Source: the human T2T-CHM13v2.0 reference genome, Homo sapiens
Reading direction: 5' to 3' (one strand)
Length of the DNA stretch: 64,000 nucleotides
NCBI RefSeq assembly: GCF_009914755.1
Contig: NC_060935.1
The notes beneath the pieces were generated by a model, which was not told the DNA's origin, searched no databases, and saw only the letters and a list, made by a program, of their open reading frames with translations. Positions 28,830 to 41,018 of this stretch are shown here, piece by piece (positions within the stretch are counted from its first letter, which is position 1; every line of letters starts with the position of its first letter). The position numbers and the translations under genes are program-made.

Positions 28830-29509
28830 TAAAAGCCAAGAATTCTTTAACTCAACAAAAAATAATGATTTATAAGAATTATTTTTTGGAGATGGGGGAT
28901 AAACATAGTATTTTTAATTATTTGATTTAATTTGACATTTGGAAGAGAAAAATTTCAGGTCATTGATTATCAATTCTTGTGATATTATAGCTCATCAGAT
29001 GTTTAGCTATCTCAAGGGACATATACAAATTCTCCAAAATATCACCAAACAAAATGAACTCTAATGGCTTCAAAAACAACAATTATAGAGCCCCTGTAGA
29101 GTGCCAGGGACTACTTTGCATATTTTGACTCATATATTTAAGGCTCTAAATATCCTTAGGAGATAAAAACTGCCATTATTCCAATTTTATAAAGGAAGAC
29201 ACTGAGACAGAGAATGAGGATGAGGGAATTTGGTCAACATCACACAGTTGAAAATAGAAGATCTGGAGTTTGAATCCATCAGTCAGACCTGAGAGCATAT
29301 GCTTTATTGCTTTCAGTGAATTCATTGACTAGTGAAGTGTCTTCTGTATGCACGATTCTGGGCTAGTGCTGGACATGAGGAGGACATCTGGCTGGTTGCG
29401 TGCAGCACTGGATGTCCTCAGGCTGGTGCTTCATTGTCATGTGGTCCCTGACACAGTTGCCAGAATGCATGACCTCCATGGATCATCACACTACTTTGAT
29501 CTCCTTCTT

Positions 29510-30112
29510 TTTTTTAATGTAACAGCTTTATCAAGATATAGTTAACATAACATATAATTCACTCATGTAAAGTGTACAATTTAATGGCTTTTAATATATT
29601 CACAGAGTTGTGCAACCATCACCATCATCAGTTTTAGAACATTTTCATTATCCCAAAAAAAAGAACCCCATACCCATTAGTAGTCACTCCTTATAACCCC
29701 CTCCCCCAACTACTGACAAGCACTGGTCCGCTTTATGTCTCCATAGATTTTTTTATTGTGAACATTTCATATAAATAGAATCATACAATATGTGACCTTT
29801 TCTGTCTGGCTTCTTTCATTTAGCATGATGTTTTCAAGTTTCATCCATGTTACAGCATGTGTTAGGACTTCATTTCTGCTTATTGTCAAATAACATTCTG
29901 TTGTCTGAATTTGCCACATTTTACGTATTCATTCATTACTCAATGGACATTTTTCCACTCTTTGGCTATTATAAATAACGATGCTATGAACATTTATGTG
30001 CAAGTTTTTTGTGTAGACATGTTTTAATTTCTCATAGGTATATACTTAGGAGTGAAATTGCTGTGTCATAGGGTAAGTCTACGTTAAATATTTTAAGAAA
30101 TTGCCAGCCTGT
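29510..30112 (-). mobile_element. L1M (L1MB-like) 3' end fragment
   Basis: Typical L1MB 3' end (cagctttat..agatata..ttcacagagttgtgcaaccatcacc). Confidence 0.82.
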
Positions 30113-31029
30113 TTTTCTCCTTGCTTATTGATAGCAAGAAGTCCTTCTTAGCAGTTTTTGCAAAAGTGACTTTTCTCCTCTATAGAAGCACCTTGACATT
30201 AGAAGGCAAGGATGCCAGACCTTGTCTTCAACAAATATTCAACATCTGGTGGACTATAAGTGGCCACTTTCAGTAACAGAAACCAAATGGAAAGCGTAGA
30301 ATAATCTTGAGTAACTACCCCATCCTTTCTTAATATTAGGTCTTTTAAGTGACTATATGAAACAAATTTAATAAATGATGGTAACAATAGTAGCATCTGT
30401 TAAACACTGTAGATGTATCAGGAGGTCTATGAAGTATTACAAGTATCTTATCATTCAATTTTAGAATCACTAAAATATTTTAGAATCTTTACATTCTAGA
30501 GAGTAAGATTAAAGCAAGATTATAAGAATGACAGAGCCATAGTTTTATCTATTCTGATGACTAGGTAGGGGAAAAAGGTTTAGCTTGACGTAAGAAAAAC
30601 TAAAACAAAAAGATGAACTCCCCTGAATGGAAGACTATTCAAAAGACACTCACTTAGCTGGGTAAAAGATAGTTTCACTGAGGCTGTTTTCAGGAAGCAG
30701 GAAGTAGAATGAGTTACTGTTATTTCTTTCCGGGTCTGTGTACTTATGATGTTATCTTACGGTTTAATTTTTCTATAGGTACACAGGATGTGTGGGTAGC
30801 CAATTAAAGTATTATAGAAGCTAGTAAATATTAACAGAAAAAAGAAATGAGGAACTGTTCTATTAAAACATTTTGTTAGCTATTGTTAAAAAATTTTTCT
30901 GTTGCAAAGTGCCCATCTCTTGCCTACTATGAAAATTTGTTTGAATAGGTTTATCCACCTAAGCCTACATCAGATACCAGTGAGTAGACACAAAGTTAAA
31001 CACACAAGAAACCACTCTTATGCAGTATT

Positions 31030-31521
31030 TTGTTGTGATGTCTTTTAAGTAAAAATTGGGAAATTTATATTTATTATAACAAATGATGGCCAAATGATGG
31101 CCACAAAAGCCATTGCTTGTAAATAATTATAATTCATACTGTAATGACATTTCCTATGAAAAGAATTACAATATATGTCATGGAATCCACCACTAGTCTT
31201 CCTCCTGGAAATAAAAATCAAACGGATCAATCTGCTTCAGTATATTAGGTAAGAAAAAATAATGGTGTCTAACTGCAGAGTGCATTGTGTTGATTTGGAT
31301 TTCGCATAAAGTTGCCCATATAAAAACTTTTCTAATGTGGATTGAAATTCTGATTATACAACTATGAAAAAAATTGGAAGTATTATTATTCTCAGTGAAT
31401 TCTAATTTGATTTGAAGGCCTTTGGAAGAATCCCTCTCCTACATTCTGCTTTAGTCCTTAAGATCCAGTTAGAGGCTGCTTGTAGTCATCCTCATTGCTT
31501 GAGAAGACTAGGCTTTTCTAT
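31030..31521 (-). other. MMP20: MMP20 3' UTR (3' end approximate)
   Basis: Follows the stop codon. AATAAA lies ~450 nt downstream; the cleavage site cannot be fixed exactly from sequence. Confidence 0.75.
31070..31075 (-). terminator. Polyadenylation signal AATAAA of MMP20
   Basis: TTTATT on the plus strand; the first canonical hexamer I found downstream of the stop codon. Confidence 0.7.
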
Positions 31522-31622
31522 TTAGCAACCAATCCAGGAACTAGATTTCACCACACTAACCACATCTTCCTTCTCTGTGTCATACTTGTATGTTTTTGGT
31601 CCTGAAAAGAAGTAAATGTAGC
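31522..31622 (-). CDS. MMP20: MMP20 exon 10 coding part (101 bp): [32 protein letters not shown]-stop
   Basis: Acceptor TTTTAG|, terminal WxxC typical of MMP hemopexin domains, TAA at 31522-31524. Confidence 0.97.
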
Positions 31623-32342
31623 CTAAAAGAGACAAAGTTGAAATTGGGTTACTGAAGATGTCCAGCACATATATAAATGGAAGAATTTGTCACTGTCACT
31701 TTCTTAAAGTGTCACCAAAGGGGAATTGTGAATTTGTCAGGTGGCAGTTAGCTTGTCTTCTGTCTTCATGCCCTAGAACCTGACTCCTGAACTTCTCAGT
31801 CATTTCTGAGCTTTCTCCTTGTTCCAGCCGGGGTAAGGCCTTCTTGTTGGGGTCATCCAATGTGCCATGCTCAGTTATGTACTGTGCTTCTGCTCAGGCT
31901 GCTCTCCTCCAGGAAGCCACTCCCCTTTTCTTTCCCTAGTTAAGCCTCCGGCCAATCTTCAAAACCCATCTGAAGTCCTACTATAAAATTTCCAATGACT
32001 GCTGCCGATTCTGATATTTTAATTCTCAGATCAGCTCTTGCAATTATTGTGCAGTCTACCACATGACTCAACACTAAATTATAGATTGTCTGTTTTCCAG
32101 TCATTTCATCTGTGTTGGGTGAACCATTCTGTGAGAGCAGTGGCCACATCTGGAATGGTCTTTGCACTTCTGAACAGTGTCCAGCCCTGTGCTATTTTTT
32201 CAAGAAGAGTGTGCTAACTGACTACTTCAGAAGATTTAATTAAATGTATTCAACAAAGTTCTATTCAACTTTCCTAGCTATGTGTTAAATTGCAGGAGTT
32301 GGATGATGGAGTGGGAAAAAGCACTGAGAAGCTTGAGACAGA

Positions 32343-32633
32343 TTTTTTTTTTTTATTTGAGACAGGGTATCACTCTGTTGCCCAGGCTAGAGTGCAGTGG
32401 TGCAATCACAGTTCACTGCAGCCTCGACCTCCTGAGCTCAAGTAATCCTCCCATCTCAGCATCCTGAGTAGCTGGGACTACAGGTGTGTGCCATCATTCT
32501 CAGCTAACTTTTTTGTAGAGACAGAGTTTTGCCATATTGCCCAAGCTGGTATTGAATTCCTGGGCTGAAGTGATCCTACCACCTCATCCTCCCAAAGTGC
32601 TGGAATTACAGGTGTGTGTCACTGTGCCCAACC
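32343..32633 (-). mobile_element. AluJ (intron 9)
   Basis: CACTGCAGCCTCGACCTCCTG AluJ diagnostics. Confidence 0.92.
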
Positions 32634-32695
32634 AAGACTATGTGTATTTTAAAGATAGAAAAGGTAATCTTGACCCCGGTAGACTTTATGATCTA

Positions 32696-33024
<329 letters not shown>

Positions 33025-33230
33025 TTAGGAAAGAGAGAACTAAAATACCAGAACTTTTACAGTTACTCTTTCTAGTGGACAATCTGTTTAGATAAACTTA
33101 TGAAAGGACCAAAGACCAAATATAAAAACCAAGGACTCCCACTTGGAAATCCACTTTCTGTTGTGTTAAAGCAAAGCCAAGATTTCTTATGATAGTTTTC
33201 ATGAAGAAAGTTTTCAGTGGAAACACTTAC

Positions 33231-33334
33231 CATTTAATTCTACAGCAGCATCGATTTGGCCATTTACTCCTGAAAATTCTTCTTCAGTATTCTTTGGATA
33301 GTCTTTTTCCATTTTCCTTTTCCTTTCGTCGTAG
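33231..33334 (-). CDS. MMP20: MMP20 exon 9 (104 bp): [34 protein letters not shown](G)
   Basis: Translated by hand. Acceptor TTCTAG|, donor ATG|GTAAGT, hemopexin YPK..IDAAV pattern. Confidence 0.97.
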
Positions 33335-33496
33335 CTAGAAAAAGTATTATTTCATAAATAATATTACTAAGAGGTTTTTACTGGTTGTAGATGACACTAT
33401 ACTGGTCAGGCCTATGGACACATAACTTATTTAGGTGTTCCTCTCTCTCTCTGTTTCACATACACATACACATGCATTTATGTTGTTATTTATTTT

Positions 33497-33805
33497 TTCT
33501 TTGTTGTGTTTTTGTTTTTTTTTTGAGATGGGGTCTCACTGTTGCCCAGGCTGAAGTGTAGTGGTGCCATCATGGCTCACCACTGCCTTGACCTTCCAGG
33601 CTCAAGCGATCCTCCTGTCTCAGCCTCCTGAGTAGCTGGGACTACAGGCATGTACCACCACACCCTGGCTAATTTTTATTTTTTATAAAGACAGGGTCTT
33701 GCCATGTTGCCCAGGCTGGTCTCAAACTCCTGGTCTCAAGAAATCCTCCCACACCTCAGCCTCCCAAAGTGCTGGGATTACAGGAATAAGCCACTGGGCC
33801 TGGCC
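33497..33805 (-). mobile_element. AluJ (intron 8)
   Basis: Full reverse-strand Alu with J diagnostics. Confidence 0.92.
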
Positions 33806-36800
33806 CTTGTTGTTTAAATCGGGCTCTTAAAATACCTAAAAGAGATTATAGACCTTTATCACTATGCTCCCATGTTCCTGAGATTCTGGTACCACAAGCT
33901 TGGAAGTCACTTGCTTAAAGCAGTCTCCAAAAAGTTTCCACATACATTGTTTAGAAATATTCATTCTATATATTATAGCAACATGTTCTGTTAACTCAAA
34001 AAAAAACTTGCCATTTGAAAGGAACTCTCTATATTTTTTATTGCCTTATTTATTGTTGTAATTATTTCTCTATCAATTCCTTGGTTCATCAAATCATTGA
34101 AAGCCTTTCATAGGTGCTTTTATTCATGAACTTAGTGCTATGTATCCATGGAGAAAGGGTTGAACAAATAATGCACACTGAATGAATAAAGAAATGTGTG
34201 AACAATAAGTAAATAAGAAGCAAGTAAATATGTAATAATTGAACTTCTGCCTTTTAAACCAATTTACTTGAATTCCATTGCTTTTGTTTCCTGGAAAGCT
34301 TATATGACTGACTGAATAGTAGACCTGATTTCTTTTTCTGGATCAGCAACCAGCATTCAATGATAACTCTGAAGATTGATTAATATATCTCTTTGTGATC
34401 TAAACTACTCATTGTTAAAAAAGACTGTGACTGTGTGAGTCAGCATGACTTGTATGAGAATCAGACTTCATTTAAAGTTTGAGAAAGTCCCTTCTTCATT
34501 AGCACAGAGTTCCAAATGGGGACACTCCCAGGTGGACACCCCACTCCTTTCCCACCAAAAGGTCAGACAATTTCTCCCAGTGCCTGGGCTACTGAAAAAT
34601 TTCCTGTGGCAGCAGATCCCACCCACCATCTCTTGAAATGTCCCTCTTGTGTGGCTATGACTACACAGGCCAGGGATAACTCTCTAGTGATGTTGAGCCA
34701 AAGGCAAACATTGAAAAAGATGTACTCAGGCTGAAACTAAGTGCAAGTCTGAGCTGCTTTACAGAATGTTTGGAGCTAGGGGTGGAAGCTAACTGTCCCA
34801 GCATATTATCCATATTAACTATAACCATTAATATTTCATGTGGACCTTATGTGTAGACATTATGCAGGGGCCTGCATAACAAACACGAGGTTACCTACTT
34901 TTCATTTTACTAAGTAAGGACATTACCATTTAACCATCAAAAGAACTACTACCACCTGTTTTCACACTCATTTCACAAAGACAAAGAAACGTTAACACCA
35001 AAAAGGCAGGAAGGACATAAACTGAGAATAAAAGATGGTTCTCGCCAATAATCTGTTTTTATGCTGACACAGACTGCAGCTCCCTGATTTATAATATTGT
35101 GCTGTCCTTATTTAGCTGTGAACTGGTGAGAACTTTGTGATGATCTAGCCCTTTGTTTGTGGACAGATATTTAAGGATTTCTGTTATAGTCCAAAGAGCT
35201 CAACAGATACAGTCTGATGGTACTGGGTTTGAATTTCTGACTCTGTTACCTGCTGACTCCGTGATCAGGAAAACGTACTTTGAGCTCTGAGCCCTGGTTT
35301 TTCTCATCTGGAAAACATTGGTCATGAGGGTAAGAGACAATTTACACACACACACATGCACACGCACACACCACACACACACACACACACCTGGCACATG
35401 TAGCACCAAGAGTAGGCCCAAGCCAGCAGTCTTTGTCATTTATTCTGGCCCCAAGAACAATTAACTCTGACTTGTCAGTGTAAGGTTGAGTGAACTTCAT
35501 GGTTTGATCTGAGATTCTAAGTCACTAAGGAGTTTAATCTTTAAACTTACTTTACAAGATAATATTTGCGGTGGTAGGCAAGGTTGAGAAGGGGTGAAAA
35601 AGGAGGGCTAAAAAGTGTTGGAGGCAGTCCAGAGAACCAAGTCAGAGAGGGGATTAAGATGAAGTAGGTCTGCTGGTGTGGTGAGGATTTTACTGAGAGA
35701 GTAACAGAAAAGGAGATTATATGATAGGATGAAGATCACGGGGATTTTTACCAATAATAAATAAATGATGAAGAGAATTGAAGAATGAAAATATGTGGTG
35801 GTTGGGAAGGCCCACTGAATTTGAATTCAGAGGACATGAAATACAGCTTCAGATGGACCACTGTAGCTGTGTGATCTTGAGTGAATCATGTAACCCCTCA
35901 GAGACACAATGTTCAATGAAAATAAAAGAAATACCTACTTCTCAAGATTGTTGAAAGGTGGATGGGACAATGAGAGAATATGAGAAAACGCTCAGCATGA
36001 TTCCTGGCACACAGTAAGCCAGCCATCAAGAAATAGTAACTGAATTTCAATATTAAGGAAATAAATACAATTTTTATTGAGAATCAACTATATCTTGAGT
36101 ATCTGCTAAAATCATTGCATATATCCTCTCATCACTGAGGTCTTGTTTGTGAAACCTAAATACCAAACTAGAAATAGTGATCTGAATTATGTTTATTTCC
36201 TTTGTGGGCATTTGTTACATCATTTAATATTGATTCAAGGTATTTACATTTAATATATATTAAATAAATCATTGCCTGCAACAGATATCTGATGTAGTTT
36301 TTCAGATATGTTATCTTACTCTCCACATTTGTATTCTAAGGACTCAGGGACTGTTTTGATAAAGTGCCTGCATTTTTGTTTAACCTAATCTGCATGCTTA
36401 GAACTTAGATTTGTTAGGTATTTTTGGTGTTTTGATTGTGCTGATTTCAGTCACATGTCAAGGGCATAACTGACTCCATTCTACCCTCTTAGAAGCACTA
36501 AATGGGGAACTGAGTCAGCTAAAGGATGCTTAAAGAGAATGCAAGAAAGGGCGGCAAAAAGGGGAATTTACTGATAAGGTTTCTAAGATGGTTTCAGGAA
36601 GTTTTCTCAAGGTGACCTTTCCAGTGTGGGTCAGGAGGGACAATGAAATAGAAATCTGAAATTCCATTTTGAAGTTAATGATTTCAGCCAGAAATCACAT
36701 GACTTTCATGAATGAAGTGGGCTTTGTGATCTATACTAGAGAAGGGCAGGTAGGACAGTGATCGGGAATGAAGAGAAGGCAGGAGAGGAGGAAGCTGCCA

Positions 36801-37528
36801 TGTACAATCCCAGATGAGGGTCAGGAAACAGGACCCCATGAGGAAAATGATAGTGAGGAGATTCTGGGACAAATAATTTGTAACAACATAGAAAAATATG
36901 TATCCTATAGTATTAAGTAGAAGAATGTCAGGACACAAAATTTCATACATAATTACTTAAAAATGGGGAAAACTGCAGGAAAAAAATAGAAGAAAAATAT
37001 TAAATGAGTATCAAAAGATGTTGCAAGTGTTGACCATTGAAGAATTTCTTTCCTTTTCATACATTCTGTGTTTTCTATAACAAACATCACATGCTGTCCT
37101 TGGACCCCATCTTCCTGGGCAGTCTTATATCCTCACATGGCCTCAATCACCATCTGATTACATGATGAATTCCAAACTTATCTTTCCAGCCTGACTGCTC
37201 TTGAGTTCAAGACCTGTATGTCCAAATCTCTTCTGATATTTTTCTTCTCAGTTCTCACCAGCATGTCAAACTCCATATGTACAAATTGAAGCTGCTTCTT
37301 GTTCCCCTAAATCTGCTTCATTTCTTAAGTTTACTGTCTTGATAAATGCCAAAATTGAAAACCCATTTATTAAGGAAATGACCCCCAACTAGTCAGTCAT
37401 CCAGACCTATGTTTTCTACTGTTTGAAGAACAATCAAATCTACCCCAACTCCCAAACCCATCATCTCTGGCAGAATTCTTGCAATAGTTCTCTCTCTTAT
37501 TTAAACAATTCAGTGGTTTTTTAGTGCA

Positions 37529-37874
37529 CAGTCATTTGCCATATGTTGACATTTCAGGAAATGACAGACCATGTACATGATAGTGGTCCCATAAGATTAT
37601 AACACTGTATTTTTACTGTACCATTTCTAAGTTTAGATACACAAATACTTACCATTGTATCACAATTGCCTACAGTATTCAGTACAGTATCATGTTGTAT
37701 AGGTCTGTAGGAGCTATAGGAGCAACAGGGTATACCATATAGCCTAAGTGGGTAGTAAGCAATACCATCTAGGTTTGTGTAAGTACACTCTAGGATGTTC
37801 ACTGATTGACCAAATCACCTAATGACACATTCCTCAGAACACAGCCCCATTGTTAAGCAAGCGATGCATGACTA
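37529..37874 (+). mobile_element. Tigger3a-like DNA transposon inserted in the L1 3' end
   Basis: CAGTCAT...ATGACT(A) TIRs, GGTCCCATAAGATTATAA internal motif, ~346 bp. Confidence 0.87.
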
Positions 37875-40721
37875 TAGTCACAGAATTGTGCTACCATCAA
37901 CACAATCAATTTTAGAATGTTGCCATCACCCGCCCCCACAAAAACCTTATGCCTTTTCACTGTAAGTCCCCATACTCCACATCCTCATCCCCCATCTCAA
38001 CCAGACCTAGACAATCACTATCTACTTTCTGTCTGTTTTAACTTGCCTATTATGGACATTTTATACAATATGCAGATTTTCATGACTGACATCTTTCATT
38101 TAGTATAATGCTCTCAAGATTCATCCATGTCATACCATGTACCAGCATTTCATTCATTTTTGTGGCCAAATAATATTCCATTGTATGAATTTATCACATT
38201 TTATATATCCATTCAACACTTGATGGAGATTTGGGTTGTTTCCAGCATTCGTCTATTATTAATAATGCTGCTATGAATATTTGTATACAGCTATTATGTG
38301 GACTTATGTTTTTACTTCTCTTGGGTATATCCTCAAGAAAGTGGAATTCTGGGTCAAATGATAATTCTATGTTCAATTTTTTGAGGAGCAGGAGACTGCT
38401 TTCCAAAGTGGCTATACTAATTTACATTTCTACTACCAATGTATGAGGGTTCTGATTTCTCCATATTCTCACCAACACTTATTATTATCTGACTTTTTGA
38501 TTATGGCATTCTAGTAGGTGTGAAGAAGTATTTCACTGCGGGTTTCATTTGCATTTTCCTCATGACTATTGATGTTGAGCATCTTTTCATGTGCTTATTG
38601 GCCATTTGTATATCTTTGTTGGAGAAATGGCTATTCAGATCCTTTGCCCATATTTTAACTGAGTTATTTTTCTTGTTATTAATTGAATAGTCGTTTATAT
38701 ATTCTAGACACAAGTTCTTTATCAGATATATGACTTACAAACATTTCTTCCCATTCCCTGGGTTGTCTTTTTACTTTGTTGATAGTGTACTGTGAAGCAG
38801 AAAAGTTTTTAATTTTGAGTAAATCCAACTTGTCCTTTTTTTCTTTTTGGCTTATGCTTTTCATGTTGTATCTGAGTATTCATTGCTAAATCCAAGATCA
38901 CGAAGATTTATCTTACATTTTCTTTTAAGAGTTTTGTCAGATTAGCTCTTATATTTAAGGAATTTGATCAATTTTGAGTTAATTTTTGTATATGTTGAGA
39001 GGTTGGGGTCTAAGTCCATTCTTTTGCATGTGGCTATCCACTCCTTCCAGCATCATTTGTTGAAGATACCATTTTTCTCCTTTGAATGACTTTATATCGT
39101 TGTCAAAAATCAGTTGCCCATAGATACATGGCTTTATTTCCTTACTCTAAATTTTATTCTATTAACATGTATGGCTATCCTTATGCAAATATCACAGTCT
39201 TAGTTACTGTTTCTTTGTAGTAACTTTTGAAATTGGGAAGTATGAATCCTCCAACTTTGTTCTTTTTAAAGATATTTTGGCTATTCTAGGCCCGTGAGTT
39301 TCGAGTTTCAAGAAAAACTTGTCAATTTCTACAAAGAAACCAGTGGTATTCTGAAAGAGATTGTGTTGAATCTACAGATCAATTTGGGGACTACTATCAT
39401 CTTAAAAATATCCTCATCCATGAACATGAGATATCACTCCATTTAGATCTTGCTTAATTTCTTTCAACAATGTTTTGTAGTTTTCAGACTACAAAACAAC
39501 ATTTTCCATTTCTTTTGTTAAATTTATTTTTAAGTATTTGACTCTTTTTGATGCTATTCCAGTTGGAATTGCTTTCTTAATTTCATTTTCAAATTGTTTG
39601 TTCAGGTGTATAAAAACACAATTGATTAACACATTGAATTCATTCCTTGCAACCTTTCTGAACTCATTTATTAGTTCTAAAAGTTTTTTTAGAGTATTCT
39701 GTAGGGTTTTTCTATATAAAAGATAATACCATATGCAAAAAGAAATAGTTTTACTTTCTCTCCTATCTGGATAATTTTTATTTCATTCGTTCTTGCTTAA
39801 TTCTCTTGGTTAGGACCTCCAGTACAATGTGAATGGAGAGATGAGAGCAGAAATTTTTGTTTTGTTTTTGATGTTAGGAGGAATGCATCCAGTCTTTCAC
39901 CACTGACTATGCCATCAGCTGTGGGTTTTCATAGACGCTCTTTATTGATTTGAAAACGGTTATTTTTATTCCTAGGTTTTATTCCTAGGTTGCTGAATGT
40001 TTTTTTATCATGAAATAATGTTGAATTTTGCCAAATGCTTTTACTGTATCTACTGAGATGATCATATGATTTTTGTTTTTATTCTATTGATATGGGACAT
40101 TACATTAATTGATTTTTGGATGAATTCCTGGGACAAATCCTACTTGGTCTTGGTGTATAATTCTTTTCATACGTTGCTGGATTTAGGTTGTTGGTGTTTT
40201 TGGAGGATCTTTGTAGCCATATTCACAATAGATACTGGTCTGAAGCTTTATTTTTTTGTCATGTTTCTGTGTGGTTTTGGTATAAGGATAATGCTGACTT
40301 CAGTGAGTTAGGTAGTGTTTTCCACTCTTCTATGTTTTGGAAAAGTCTGTGAAAAACTGGTATTAATTCTGTTCTTTTCTAAGGTTTGGAGGAGTTTGTA
40401 AAAAAATTGACATTAATTCTTCTTTCAATGTATTGGTAGAATTTACCAGTGAACCCTTCTGGGCCTGGGCTTTTCTTTGTGGATAGTTTTTGATTACTGC
40501 TTTAATATCTTTTCTTATTGTAGGTATATTCAGACTGTGTATTTCTTCTTGACTCGGTTTTACTAGATTGTGTCTTCTTAGGAATTTGTCCATTTCATTT
40601 ATCTAATTTATTGGTATACAATTGTTCATAGTATTCCTTTATGACCTTTTTTATTTCTGTAAGGTGAGTAGCAATGTCTCCTCTTTTATTTCTGATTTTA
40701 GTAATTTAAATTTTTTCTTTT

Positions 40722-41018
40722 GGCTGGGCACAGTGGCTCACACCTGTAATCCCAGCATTTTGTGAGGCTGAGGTGGGCGGATCACGAGGTCAGGAGATCG
40801 AGACCATCCTGGCTAACACGGTGAAACCCCATCTCTACTAAAAAATACAAAAAAAAATTAGCTGGGCATGGTGGCGGGTGCCTGTAGTCTCAGCTACTCA
40901 GGAGGCTGAGGCAGGAGAATGGTGTGAACCCGGGAGGCGGAGCTTGCAGTGAGCCGAGATCATGCCACTGTACTCCAGCCTGGGGGACAGAGCAAGACTC
41001 CGCCTCAAAAAAAAAAAA
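40722..41018 (+). mobile_element. AluY inserted in the L1
   Basis: GGATCACGAGGTCAGGAGATCGAGACCATCCTGGCTAACACGG diagnostics. Confidence 0.94.
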
